Positions 39,678 through 49,586 of a DNA stretch of 64,000 nucleotides are shown piece by piece. The position numbers were made by a program, and so were the translations under genes. Numbering within the stretch: position 1 is the stretch's first letter; every line of letters starts with the position of its first letter. Below the pieces are notes generated by a model. The model was not told the origin of the DNA. It searched no databases and was given only the letters and a program-made list of their open reading frames with translations. The DNA comes from Burkholderiales bacterium (GTDB lineage: Bacteria; Pseudomonadota; Gammaproteobacteria; Burkholderiales; Burkholderiaceae_C): contig JBBQZA010000001.1 of assembly GCA_038208175.1 (NCBI GenBank), forward strand, positions 4,984 to 68,983, written 5' to 3'.

Positions 39678-40586
39678 TTACGCCAGTGCCGTGGCGGCGG
39701 CCGCAGTCAAAGCAGCGGTCAGCGCGTCCAGCACGACCGAGTCGAGCTTCCAGCAATGCCAGAACAGCTCAACCGGCAGCGTCTGACCGGGCGCAATATT
39801 GACCAGGCGGCCGTCGCGCAGATAGTCCCTGACCTGCAGCTCGGGCACCACCGTCACGCCCCAACCGGCCATCACGGCGCGCACCTGGCCCTCTGAACTG
39901 GGTACGTACAACTGGCTTAGCGCGACGTGCTTGAGCCCGAACGCGGAGCCAATGAACTCGGCCTGCAAATCGTCCTTGCGGTTGAACGCGATGAACGGCA
40001 TGCTGCGAAAGTTGTAAGGCGTCAGACCGTCGGGGCAATGCTCTGCGGCATAAGCGGATTGCGCCACCGCAACGTAGCGCATCGCCCCCAGCGGCACCAT
40101 CTTGCAACTGCGCAAGGCCTGTTTGAGTGTGGTCACGCAACCCAGCACCTGCCCCTCACGCAACCACTCAATGGTGAAATCCTGGTCGTCAGCAATGATC
40201 TCCAGCCCCAGGCCCTGGTGCGCCAACCGGCTCAGCGCCGGCAAGGCCCAAGTCGCAATACTGTCGGCATTGATGGCGATGGAAATCCGCTCGGCGTCCG
40301 CGTCTGAGCCCTTCGCACCCGGCGTCAGGTCATGCAGCTCGCGCTCCAGCTCGGCCCTGAGCAGCCGCATCTGCATCGCATGCTTGAGCAGCAGGCGACC
40401 GGCCGAGGTCGCCCGCAAGGGGCGACTGCGCACGATCAGGACGGTTCCCACCTGAGCTTCCAGCGCGCGCAAACGTTGCGACACCGCCGACTGGGTGATG
40501 GACAGACGCACTGCGGCCCGCTCGAACCCACCTTCCTCCAGGATGGCAGCCAGGCATTCCAGCGCATTGGCGTCGAATGTACTCAT
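39678..40586 (-). CDS. argP: LysR family regulator, ArgP/IciA type
   Basis: EEGGFERAA..L.ITQSAVSQR, IAINADS.ATW, LGAMRY, LFWHCW. Confidence 0.85.
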   Translation of the reverse strand: MSTFDANALECLAAILEEGGFERAAVRLSITQSAVSQRLRALEAQVGTVLIVRSRPLRATSAGRLLLKHAMQMRLLRAELERELHDLTPGAKGSDADAERISIAINADSIATWALPALSRLAHQGLGLEIIADDQDFTIEWLREGQVLGCVTTLKQALRSCKMVPLGAMRYVAVAQSAYAAEHCPDGLTPYNFRSMPFIAFNRKDDLQAEFIGSAFGLKHVALSQLYVPSSEGQVRAVMAGWGVTVVPELQVRDYLRDGRLVNIAPGQTLPVELFWHCWKLDSVVLDALTAALTAAAATALA

Positions 40587-40747
40587 ATTAGAAATATTGA
40601 TGTCTTCCCATTGAGTTTAGCTTTGCTGCTACTCGGGATGCTGACGCCGCGTTCCGATTCAGACCCATGAAATTCGATGATGCCTTGACAAGTGACAAGT
40701 CGTCCCGATTTCGATTAGGCTAGGCTTGCTCGCAAACGGAGGTTTCC

Positions 40748-41563
40748 ATGCACCAGGTTCGTCCAGCCGCTGTCGCCGGCGCTTTTTACCCCGGACCGCC
40801 GTCTGTCCTGTCAGGCACGGTGCAGGCCTTGCTGGCAGATGCGAGACAAGACACCGACAGCGTCGCCGAGGTGCCCAAGGCCCTCATCGTGCCGCATGCT
40901 GGCTACATCTACTCCGGCTCCACCGCTGCACTGGCCTATGCGCGGCTTGCCACGGCACGCAGCCGCATCAGACGTGTCGTGCTGCTGGGTCCGGTGCATC
41001 GCTTGCCAATCCGGGGTTTGGCGCTGCCCGGCGTTGACGCTTTTGCCACGCCGCTGGGCCAAGTCAGGATTGATCCAACTTCTGTTGCCAAGCTGTCTGG
41101 GCTGCCTCAAGTGCGTTCAAGCCCAGCTGCCCATGCGCAGGAGCATTCGCTTGAAGTGCAACTGCCCTTCCTGCAATCCGTGCTGGATGACTTCGAGCTG
41201 GTGCCCCTGGTGGTGGGCGACGCCACGCCCTCTGACGTGGCTCAGGTGCTGGAAACGCTCTGGGGCGGGCCCGAGACCCTGATCGTGATCAGCTCGGACC
41301 TGTCGCACTTTCTGCCCTACCGCGCGGCCCGGACGGTGGACCTTGAGACCGTGCAGAAAATCCTGGACTTCAGCAGCACACTGACGCACGAACAGGCTTG
41401 CGGCGGCACGCCAGTCAACGGTCTACTGTTGCTGGCCGCTCGCCATCAACTGCAAGCCCAACTGCTGGGTCTTTGCAACTCAGGCGATACAGCGGGCGAC
41501 AAAAACCGTGTTGTCGGTTACGCCGCTTTTGCATTCACTGAGGACCCTCGCCATGTTCACTGA
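40748..41563 (+). CDS. amrB: AmmeMemoRadiSam system protein B (MEMO1 family)
   Basis: VRPAAVAGAFYP, PHAGYIYSG, EHSLEVQLPFLQ, SSDLSHF, ACG..P, GD..RVVGY. Confidence 0.92.
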   Translation: MHQVRPAAVAGAFYPGPPSVLSGTVQALLADARQDTDSVAEVPKALIVPHAGYIYSGSTAALAYARLATARSRIRRVVLLGPVHRLPIRGLALPGVDAFATPLGQVRIDPTSVAKLSGLPQVRSSPAAHAQEHSLEVQLPFLQSVLDDFELVPLVVGDATPSDVAQVLETLWGGPETLIVISSDLSHFLPYRAARTVDLETVQKILDFSSTLTHEQACGGTPVNGLLLLAARHQLQAQLLGLCNSGDTAGDKNRVVGYAAFAFTEDPRHVH

Positions 41564-42110
41564 TACCCATGATCGCGGGGCGACCCTGCTGGCGATCACA
41601 CGCGCCGCGATCTCGACGACACTGGGCCGAACCTTGCATGCGGCTGAAGATGCGCCGTGGCTGCAGGAGCCCGGTGCCTGCTTCGTGACGCTGACCCAAC
41701 AGCGGCAACTGCGCGGCTGCATTGGCAGTCTCGAAGCACGCCGTTCCTTGCTTGTTGATGTCAAAGGCAACGCCGTGGCGGCCGCCCTGCACGACCCGCG
41801 CTTTACACCTTTGAAACTCGGCGAGCTGGCCGCGACAAAGATTGAAGTGTCCCTGTTGTCGCCGCTGCAGCCGATGCACTTTGACAGTGAGGCCGATGCG
41901 CTGGCACAGTTGCGACCCGGCATCGATGGACTGGTATTCGAATATGGACGTCACCGCAGCACATTTTTGCCGCAGGTCTGGGAACAATTGCCGTCGGCAC
42001 AAGAGTTCATGTCGCATCTCAAGCACAAGGCCGGCCTGACCTCCGATTTTTGGGCCAAGGAGGTGAGGCTGCAGCGTTACAGCGTAAGCCAATGGCATGA
42101 GGGCTCATGA
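41553..42110 (+). CDS. amrA: AmmeMemoRadiSam system protein A (AMMECR1 family)
   Basis: ACFVTL....LRGCIG, DPRF, IEVSLLS, STFLPQVWEQ; start at ATG 41553. Confidence 0.92.
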   Translation: MFTDTHDRGATLLAITRAAISTTLGRTLHAAEDAPWLQEPGACFVTLTQQRQLRGCIGSLEARRSLLVDVKGNAVAAALHDPRFTPLKLGELAATKIEVSLLSPLQPMHFDSEADALAQLRPGIDGLVFEYGRHRSTFLPQVWEQLPSAQEFMSHLKHKAGLTSDFWAKEVRLQRYSVSQWHEGS

Positions 42111-43186
42111 TGCAGGAATCCAGCTACCCGGCGCGCTACTGGCACACTCTTGCCGACGGTCGCATGCAGTGCGACCTGTGCCCGCGCGATTGCAAGCTGC
42201 ACGAGGGGCAGCGCGGCGCCTGTTTTGTGCGCGCGCGCCGCGGCGAGCAGATGGTTCTCACGACCTATGGACGCTCTTCGGGCTTTTGCATCGACCCGAT
42301 CGAAAAGAAGCCGCTGAATCATTTCTACCCCGGTAGCAGTGTGCTGTCCTTCGGCACAGCCGGCTGCAATCTGGCCTGCAAGTTCTGCCAGAACTGGGAT
42401 ATCAGCAAGTCGCGCGACATGGACCGCCTGATGGACCAGGCGACGCCCGATGCGATCGCCGCCGCGGCGCTCCAGCATGGCTGCAAGAGCGTTGCCTTCA
42501 CCTACAACGACCCGGTCATTTTTGCCGAATACGCGATCGATGTGGCCGATGCCTGCCATGCGCACGGTATCCAGACCGTGGCCGTGACGGCCGGCTACCT
42601 GCACGAGCAGGCGCGGCGTGATTTTTTCGCCAAGATGGACAGCGCGAATGTCGACCTGAAAGCCTTCAGCGAGGACTTCTATTTCAAGCTCACCGGCGCG
42701 CATCTGCAACCGGTGCTCGATACCCTGGTTTATCTGGCGCACGAGACCCCTGTCTGGCTTGAGATCACCACGCTGCTGATCCCCGGTCACAACGACTCGG
42801 ACGCAGAAATCAGCGCGCTGTGTCGCTGGATCAGGCAAGAGCTCGGAGCCGAAGTGCCGCTGCATTTCTCGGCCTTCCACCCCGACCACAAGATGCTGGA
42901 CGTGCCGGCCACACCCATAGCGACGTTGGTGCGCGCGCGCAGCATCGCCATGGCACAAGGGCTGCATCACGTCTATACCGGCAACGTGCACAACATCGAA
43001 GGTGATACCACTTTTTGCCCGCACTGCAAAGCGCCGCTGATCGTGCGCGACTGGTATCTGATCAAACAGTACCGGCTTGACCGGCCAGGTCATTGTCCGG
43101 ATTGTGGTGCGGCCCTGGCCGGTCACTTTGACGCACAGGCCGGTCACTTTGGCCGCCAGCGCATTCCGGTTGCGATTGGCGCCTGA
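42107..43186 (+). CDS. amrS: AmmeMemoRadiSam system radical SAM enzyme
   Basis: C..CPR.C, DPIEKKPL.HF.PG, GCNLACKFCQNW (CxxxCxxC), YTGNVH, C-terminal C..C. Confidence 0.93.
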   Translation: MMQESSYPARYWHTLADGRMQCDLCPRDCKLHEGQRGACFVRARRGEQMVLTTYGRSSGFCIDPIEKKPLNHFYPGSSVLSFGTAGCNLACKFCQNWDISKSRDMDRLMDQATPDAIAAAALQHGCKSVAFTYNDPVIFAEYAIDVADACHAHGIQTVAVTAGYLHEQARRDFFAKMDSANVDLKAFSEDFYFKLTGAHLQPVLDTLVYLAHETPVWLEITTLLIPGHNDSDAEISALCRWIRQELGAEVPLHFSAFHPDHKMLDVPATPIATLVRARSIAMAQGLHHVYTGNVHNIEGDTTFCPHCKAPLIVRDWYLIKQYRLDRPGHCPDCGAALAGHFDAQAGHFGRQRIPVAIGA

Positions 43187-43210
43187 GCGTCAACGCGGAC
43201 AGCGGTAGCT

Positions 43211-44536
43211 CTATTTCACCGCGGCGTCCGCCAGTTCCAGGGCTTTTTCGACAATCGCCAAGCCCTCATCAAGTTGTTCTTTGGTGATGCACAAGGGCGG
43301 CGCGATGAACAGGATGCTGCCCATGTTGTTGGCCATGATGTAGGTAAACAAGCCGTTCTGGCGCAGATACTTACCCACTTCTGCCATCACGCTGGCCGGC
43401 ATGATTTCCTTGCTCTCGCGGTTGGCGACTACCTCGATGGCGGAGAACAAGCCGATATATCGCACATCGCCAACGCAGGCATGACGCGCCTTGATGGCTT
43501 CCAGCTTCTCGCCCAGGTGTTTACCCACCACGCGGGCGTTTTCGATGAGCTTGTCATCGTCATAGACTTCAATCGTCGCCAGCGCTGCCGCGCAAGCCAG
43601 TGCGTGACCGTTGTAGGTCAAGCCCGCATAAAGATATTTGTCCTCAAAGAACTCGGCAATCTTGTCCGTAACGATGACCGCGCCAAGCGGCACGTAGCCG
43701 CTGGTGAGACCTTTCGCAGTAGTGATGATGTCGGGGGTGACATTCCAGTTATCCACGGCGAACCATTCACCGGTACGCCCCCAACCGCTCATCACTTCGT
43801 CAGAGATCAACAGGATGCCGTACTTGTCGCAAATTTCGCGCACGCGAGGCCAATAGTCATCCGGCGGGACGATCAAACCGTTAGAGCCAACCACGCCTTC
43901 CATGATGATGGCGGCGATCTTGTCCGGACCTTCGTACTTGATGACTTCTTCCAGGTGGGAAATGCATTCGCGTTTGCAGGATTCCTTCTTTTGACCAAAC
44001 GGACAGCGATAGCAGAATGGGTCAAGAAAGTGGACGCCGCCCGGCATCACGGGCTCGACCGCCACACGCCGATAGTCACCGGTCGCCGCCAGTGAGCCAT
44101 GCGTCGCGCCATGGTAGGAGCGGTAGCGCGCAAGAATCTTGTGCCGCCCGGTGTAGAAACGGGCAATCTTGATTGCATTTTCATTGGCTTCTGAGCCGCC
44201 CACCGTAAAGAAGGTCTTTTTCAGGTTTCCGGGCGTGACTTCCGACAGTTTTTTACCCAACAACGCACGCGCTTCGGTGGTATTGCCCGGGTGAACAAAA
44301 CACAGTTTGTCAGCCTGATCCTTGATCGCCTGGACCACCTTGGGGTGCTGGTGCCCGACGTTGGTGTTCATCAGCTGCGAGGAAAAGTCGATGTAACGTT
44401 TGCCGTCGGTATCCCAGAAGTAGATTCCCTGCGCTTTCGCGACCGGCATGGGATTAGTCTGCGCCTGCACCGACCACGAGAAGAAGGTGTATTCCTTGCT
44501 CAGGTCAACCATTTCTTTGGAAGTTAGCTTGGTCAT
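43211..44536 (-). CDS. Class III (omega-amino acid) aminotransferase
   Basis: GIYFWD.DGKRY.DF, SYHG, DEVMSGWGRTG, PDIITTAKGLTSGY, IAPPL; start at ATG 44536. Confidence 0.9.
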   Translation of the reverse strand: MTKLTSKEMVDLSKEYTFFSWSVQAQTNPMPVAKAQGIYFWDTDGKRYIDFSSQLMNTNVGHQHPKVVQAIKDQADKLCFVHPGNTTEARALLGKKLSEVTPGNLKKTFFTVGGSEANENAIKIARFYTGRHKILARYRSYHGATHGSLAATGDYRRVAVEPVMPGGVHFLDPFCYRCPFGQKKESCKRECISHLEEVIKYEGPDKIAAIIMEGVVGSNGLIVPPDDYWPRVREICDKYGILLISDEVMSGWGRTGEWFAVDNWNVTPDIITTAKGLTSGYVPLGAVIVTDKIAEFFEDKYLYAGLTYNGHALACAAALATIEVYDDDKLIENARVVGKHLGEKLEAIKARHACVGDVRYIGLFSAIEVVANRESKEIMPASVMAEVGKYLRQNGLFTYIMANNMGSILFIAPPLCITKEQLDEGLAIVEKALELADAAVK

Positions 44537-44734
44537 ATCTTTTCCTATTATCAAATACCAAATCACAAAGAGCAGAAAAGCGCATCTCTGCACTATGTTG
44601 GCGCGCTTGCCTGTCCACCATTTGCTGTTTTTTGCCGCATCACGGAAAAAGATAAGTGTATCCCGATTGTTTTTACCACGACTCGAAAAAGCACTGGTTT
44701 GAGTTGCAGAAAACGGCTGCTGAGTTGTTGGCTG

Positions 44735-45670
44735 CTATGGCAATAGTGGCCGGTGCGCCTTTAACAGGCAATCCTGAAAAGCCCGCGTTATTCTGGACGG
44801 TTGCGGGGAGCGACGGATGATGCTGAAAAAACTGCATTCGTAGCGGAACAAGTCCGGTTTAACGGTACGCATTTGAGCGCTTCGCACGAAAGTCTGCGCA
44901 TAATGATCGGGTAGAAACCCCAGATACTTGCCAGACTTGATCAGCGTCGCAATCGACTCCTGGTCGTAGCCCGTAGCCTTGCGCGACAGACGCTGCTGTT
45001 GGCTGATTTCCATATTCGGCGAGTGGTAACCCAAACCGGCAAAATCGTGGCTTCGAAGCGTATCCCAGTCCATGGCGAGCGCCTCCGTATTGAACAGCGC
45101 GTGGTTGGCGCCGCAGTACAGGAGCATGGTCTCATTGAACAGTTTTTCATAGGCCAGCGTATCGGAACTGCGATGGCCCGGAATCACCCCAACCTGAAAC
45201 TGACCGTCGATGACGCCGCGTTCGATGTTGTTCAGCGGGGCCACGAATAAATGCAGGCTGACGTCGGGCGCCAGGTCCGAAAACATGGCGATGGCCTCAG
45301 CCAGATGAGCCTGCGGATTGCTGGCCGTCTTGTCGAATAGCGCAATGTTGAGTTGCCCTCCCATGCGGCGATGGATTTCGTCCACACTGGCGCGAAAGGC
45401 GTCGGCACCCGCCAGCAGGCGCAACGTTTCGGTGTAGATCTGCTGACCTTCAAGGGTCAGGGCAAAACCGGCCCGACCACGGCGGCACAGGGTCAGCCCA
45501 AGGCGCGTCTCCAGGTCCTTGATGTGACGGCTGACGGTGGAGGTGCCGATGTTGAGTTCCAATTCGGCGGCAGCCATGCCGCCACACTCCACGACGCTTT
45601 TGAACACCCGCAATAACCGGATGTCCATGTCGCTGAGTTGCCCCAGGGCTGAGCGGCTTTTTGCTTGCAT
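44735..45670 (-). CDS. LysR family regulator (BauR-like)
   Basis: DIRLLRVFKSVVECGGMAAAELELNIG.STVSRH; divergent from the mmsA block. Confidence 0.85.
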   Translation of the reverse strand: MQAKSRSALGQLSDMDIRLLRVFKSVVECGGMAAAELELNIGTSTVSRHIKDLETRLGLTLCRRGRAGFALTLEGQQIYTETLRLLAGADAFRASVDEIHRRMGGQLNIALFDKTASNPQAHLAEAIAMFSDLAPDVSLHLFVAPLNNIERGVIDGQFQVGVIPGHRSSDTLAYEKLFNETMLLYCGANHALFNTEALAMDWDTLRSHDFAGLGYHSPNMEISQQQRLSRKATGYDQESIATLIKSGKYLGFLPDHYAQTFVRSAQMRTVKPDLFRYECSFFSIIRRSPQPSRITRAFQDCLLKAHRPLLP

Positions 45671-45773
45671 AAATTGCTAACTTAATAGTGATAAGTATAC
45701 ATTTGTAAGAGTAACAGACTGGCCCAGAATTACCTACTCTTTCACGGGCGCCAAAGGCTGCGATTACACCAAC

Positions 45774-45899
45774 AAAAAAGGCTTTTACGTGCGCTACGGC
45801 GGTGATACCATCCAACTCGCACCACCCTTCATCACAACGCCAGCCCAGATTGACAGCTTGGTCAACGCGCTCGGCGAAACCATCAACCAAACTGTTTAA
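45774..45899 (+). pseudogene. 3' remnant of beta-alanine/omega-amino acid:pyruvate aminotransferase (bauA-like)
   Basis: KKGFYVRYGGDTIQLAPPFITTPAQIDSLVNALGETINQTV* directly upstream of mmsA. Confidence 0.75.
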
Positions 45900-45919
45900 C
45901 ACTCCTCAGGACCTTTCTC

Positions 45920-47425
45920 ATGCAAAACCTTCCACTGATTCAGCACTTGATTGACGGCCAGCTGGTGGCCGGCGGCAGCCGCTCGCAAGAAGTCTTCAAC
46001 CCGGCCCTCGGCAAGGCAGAAAAGCGTGTCCTGCTGGCCGACAAGACCACGGTAGAACAGGCCATTGCCTCGGCCCAAAGCGCTTACCCGGCCTGGCGTG
46101 CCACACCACCGCTGAAACGCGCGCGCGTCATGAGCAAGCTCAAAGAGTTGCTGGAAGCGAATGCCGATCAGATCTGTGCCCTGGTCACGGCCGAACACGG
46201 CAAAGTGCTAAGCGATTCTCTGGGTGAACTGCAGCGCGGCATCGAGAACGTCGAATACGCCAGCTACGCGCCGGAGCTGCTCAAGGGTGAACACAGCAAA
46301 AACGTCGGCCCCTCGATGGACTCCTGGAGCGAGTTTCAGGCGCTCGGTGTCACGGCCGGCATCACGCCGTTCAACTTCCCGGTCATGGTGCCCTTGTGGA
46401 TGTGGCCGATGGCGGTCGCCTGTGGCAATACCTTTGTGCTCAAACCCTCCGAGCGCGACCCCAGCAGTGCGCTGCTGGTCGCGCAACTGGCATTGCAAGC
46501 CGGCCTGCCGCCCGGTGTTCTGAATGTGGTGCACGGTGACAAGGAAGCGGTCGACACCCTGCTCGGCGACAAGCGCGTGCAGGCCATCAGCTTTGTCGGC
46601 TCGACGCCAATTGCCGAATACATTTATGCCACCGGCTGTGCCAATGGCAAACGGGTGCAGGCGCTCGGCGGCGCCAAGAACCACGCGGTGGTGATGCCTG
46701 ACGCCGATGTACCCAATGCGGTGAGCGCCTTGATGGGTGCCGCCTATGGCTCTTGCGGTGAACGCTGCATGGCGATTCCACTGGTCGTAGCGGTTGGCGA
46801 TGCCACCGCCGACGCCGTCGTGGCTGGCCTGAAGGTTGAAATTTCAAAAATGAAGGTTGGCCCTGGCACCGACGCCGCCAACGACATGGGCCCGTTGGTC
46901 ACGAAAGCTCATTTTGAGAAAGTCAAAGGCTATGTGGATCAAGGCGTGCTGGAAGGCGCCACACTGGTGGTGGATGGCCGCGGCGTCAAGGTAAGCGGCC
47001 ACGAAGACGGCTACTTTCTGGGCGCCTGCCTGTTTGACAACGTTAAACCCGGCATGAAGATCTATCAGGAAGAAATCTTCGGTCCAGTGCTGGGCGTGAT
47101 GCGGGTCAAGACGCTGCAGGAAGCAATGGACCTGATCGATGCGCATGAATACGGCAACGGCACCTGCATCTTCACGCGCGATGGCGAAGCCGCCCGCTAC
47201 TTCAGCGACAACATCCTGGTCGGCATGGTTGGCGTCAACGTGCCGCTACCGGTGCCGGTGGCCTATCATTCTTTTGGCGGCTGGAAACGCTCGCTGTTTG
47301 GCGACCTGCACGGCTACGGTCCGGATGCGGTACGGTTCTACACCAAACGCAAGACCATCACCCAGCGCTGGCCGTCAGCCGGGGTGCGCGAGGGAGCAGT
47401 GTTCAGCTTTCCGACCAACCGGTAA
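45920..47425 (+). CDS. mmsA: CoA-acylating methylmalonate/malonate-semialdehyde dehydrogenase
   Basis: ITPFNFP.MVP.WM, LKPSERDP, GGAKNH, GERCMA, SFGGWKRSLFGD. Confidence 0.95.
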   Translation: MQNLPLIQHLIDGQLVAGGSRSQEVFNPALGKAEKRVLLADKTTVEQAIASAQSAYPAWRATPPLKRARVMSKLKELLEANADQICALVTAEHGKVLSDSLGELQRGIENVEYASYAPELLKGEHSKNVGPSMDSWSEFQALGVTAGITPFNFPVMVPLWMWPMAVACGNTFVLKPSERDPSSALLVAQLALQAGLPPGVLNVVHGDKEAVDTLLGDKRVQAISFVGSTPIAEYIYATGCANGKRVQALGGAKNHAVVMPDADVPNAVSALMGAAYGSCGERCMAIPLVVAVGDATADAVVAGLKVEISKMKVGPGTDAANDMGPLVTKAHFEKVKGYVDQGVLEGATLVVDGRGVKVSGHEDGYFLGACLFDNVKPGMKIYQEEIFGPVLGVMRVKTLQEAMDLIDAHEYGNGTCIFTRDGEAARYFSDNILVGMVGVNVPLPVPVAYHSFGGWKRSLFGDLHGYGPDAVRFYTKRKTITQRWPSAGVREGAVFSFPTNR

Positions 47426-47545
47426 TTGAAAACGAAGATCGGTTGTCACAGGTTCATGTTCAAGGCAAAAATTCGGCCTTAAGACGATGGCGTTTGGGTG
47501 GCAGGCCTTTGCACTTTTCGACACAGAAACCAAGCCGTTCAAGTC

Positions 47546-47737
47546 GTTCAGACCCAGGCCAAAACCGATTTCCAGAACCGTGAAACGGCTTTGCCCACGC
47601 CAACGCTCAGGCAACCCGCAGCCCTGGAGGAACACCGTGACAGCCTGCGCCAAACCCCCCGAGCGTGAGCGGTACCTGTCGTTGAAGCGAGGACTGTGCG
47701 GATCGCCATCGTCCGTCCATAAAACTGGCTCGTTCAA
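47546..47737 (-). pseudogene. mnmC: N-terminal 64 codons of tRNA mnm5s2U methyltransferase (MnmC/MnmD)
   Basis: W.DDG.P.S.RF.D.Y.S..GGL.QA..VFL.GCGLP.RW....FTVLEIGFGLGLN, then similarity ends. Confidence 0.8.
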
Positions 47738-47910
47738 AGCGTTGCACCTCCATCTTCAAAGTATGAACGACCCTGTAACGATGAAGCGACTGGGGCCAGT
47801 TCTTGTATTAGCGAAACAAATGAGCTCTCATTAATATTAATTGAAGTTTTCAAATAAGTCCTCCTGCGAGACACTGCGCCCATTCACACCCAACAAACCT
47901 GGAGACCAGC

Positions 47911-49026
47911 ATGCTGATCGGATTACCCAAAGACATCAAGAACCACGAATATCGCGTGGGTCTGACCCCGGCCAGCGTGCGCGAGCTGGCAGCGCACGGA
48001 CATCAGGTTCTGGTGCAGGCTGGCGCCGGCGCTGCCATTGGCCTGACCGATGAACAGTACCAGGCGGCTGGTGCAACGCTCTCGCTGGACGCCAAGGACA
48101 TTTTCGCCAAGGCCGAGATGATCGTCAAAGTCAAGGAACCTCAGCCGCAAGAATGCGCCATGCTACGCCCAGGACAGATTCTTTACACCTACCTCCATTT
48201 GGCGCCCGACCCACAGCAAACTGCCGCACTCATCAAGTCAGGCGCTATCTGCATTGCCTATGAAACCATCACTGGACCCGGCGGCGGATTGCCCCTGCTG
48301 GCACCGATGAGCGAAGTGGCTGGCCGCATGGCGGTGCAGGCCGGCGCGGCACATCTGGAAAAATCCAAAGGCGGAATGGGCGTGCTGCTGGGTGGCGTGC
48401 CTGGCGTTCCGGCCGCCCACGTCGCCATCATCGGTGCTGGCGTGGTTGGAACCCACGCACTGCAAATGGCCGTGGGCATGGGCGCGCGCGTCAGCGTTCT
48501 GGACAAGAACGTGGATCGCCTGCGCCAGCTCGATCTGGTCTTCGGTAACCGCATCAACACCATCTACTCGAACGCGCAAAGCGTGGAAGATGCCGTACTC
48601 GACGCCGATCTGGTCATCGGGGGTGTCTTGATTCCTGGCGCCGCAGCGCCCAAACTGGTAAGTCGCAGCATGATCTCGCGAATGAAGAAGGGCGCCGTAA
48701 TTGTTGACGTGGCGATAGACCAGGGTGGTTGCTTTGAAACCTCGCATGCAACCACACACGCCGAGCCGACTTACTTGGTGGACGAAGTCGTGCACTACTG
48801 CGTTGCCAATATGCCGGGTGCCGTGGCGCGCACCTCGACCTTCGCGCTGAACAACGCGACCATTGGACATGCTGTGGCACTGGCCGAGAAAGGCTGGAAG
48901 CAGGCCCTGATGGACAATCCGCACCTGAAGAACGGCCTGAACGTCGCCAACGGTCACGTGACCTACGAAGCCGTGGCGCAGGACCTGGGCTACGCTTATG
49001 TGAGCGCCGACAGTTTGCTGGGGTGA
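47911..49026 (+). CDS. ald: Alanine dehydrogenase
   Basis: EYRVGLTP, KVKEP, LLAPMSEVAGR, GAGVVG, DVAIDQGG, ANMPGAV. Confidence 0.96.
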   Translation: MLIGLPKDIKNHEYRVGLTPASVRELAAHGHQVLVQAGAGAAIGLTDEQYQAAGATLSLDAKDIFAKAEMIVKVKEPQPQECAMLRPGQILYTYLHLAPDPQQTAALIKSGAICIAYETITGPGGGLPLLAPMSEVAGRMAVQAGAAHLEKSKGGMGVLLGGVPGVPAAHVAIIGAGVVGTHALQMAVGMGARVSVLDKNVDRLRQLDLVFGNRINTIYSNAQSVEDAVLDADLVIGGVLIPGAAAPKLVSRSMISRMKKGAVIVDVAIDQGGCFETSHATTHAEPTYLVDEVVHYCVANMPGAVARTSTFALNNATIGHAVALAEKGWKQALMDNPHLKNGLNVANGHVTYEAVAQDLGYAYVSADSLLG

Positions 49027-49067
49027 GTAGATGCCGTGGGCGACTTGGGGCCGCCTACAATTTGCCG

Positions 49068-49586
49068 ATGTCTTTGTCCCTTTCACGCCGCAAGGCCCAG
49101 GCTCCGAATTTTTCGCAAACCGAATTTCGAACTGCATTGGGCATGTTTGCCACTGGCGTAACGATTGTGACGGCCCGCACGACCGAAGGCAAGCTGGTCG
49201 GTCTGACTGCCAACTCATTCAACTCTGTGTCACTTGATCCGCCGTTGGTACTGTGGAGCCTGGCCCGGGCGGCCGCCTCCATGCTGGCATTCAGCACCGG
49301 ATCGCACTATGCCATCAACATCCTGACGGCTGGCCAGCAGGCGCTGGCGAAGCGCTTTGCCGCCAAGGGTGTGGACCGGTTCGCGGACGTTGCATTTGGC
49401 GATGGCGTCGGCGGTGCCCCTTTGCTGGTCGGAGCGGCCGCCTCGTTTGAGTGCTTCAACCGTAGCCGCTATGAAGAAGGTGACCACGTTATTTTCGTTG
49501 GCGAAGTGGAGCGCTGTTCGTACCGGGCCGGCGCCTCACCCCTGCTCTTTCACGGTGGCAAGTTTTACGCCGAACATGCTTTGTAA
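49068..49586 (+). CDS. Flavin reductase family protein
   Basis: FRTALG.FATGVTIVT, TANSFNSVSLDPPL, GDHVIFVGEV. Confidence 0.9.
   Translation: MSLSLSRRKAQAPNFSQTEFRTALGMFATGVTIVTARTTEGKLVGLTANSFNSVSLDPPLVLWSLARAAASMLAFSTGSHYAINILTAGQQALAKRFAAKGVDRFADVAFGDGVGGAPLLVGAAASFECFNRSRYEEGDHVIFVGEVERCSYRAGASPLLFHGGKFYAEHAL

Noticed and set aside
32400-40700. Integron integrase or other recombinase
   Set aside because: No ORF in the track or by manual reading shows tyrosine-recombinase (RHR-Y) or transposase motifs; the flanks are usp and argP.
47830-47841. ATTAATATTAAT palindrome upstream of ald
   Set aside because: Low-complexity AT sequence; could arise by chance in a promoter region.
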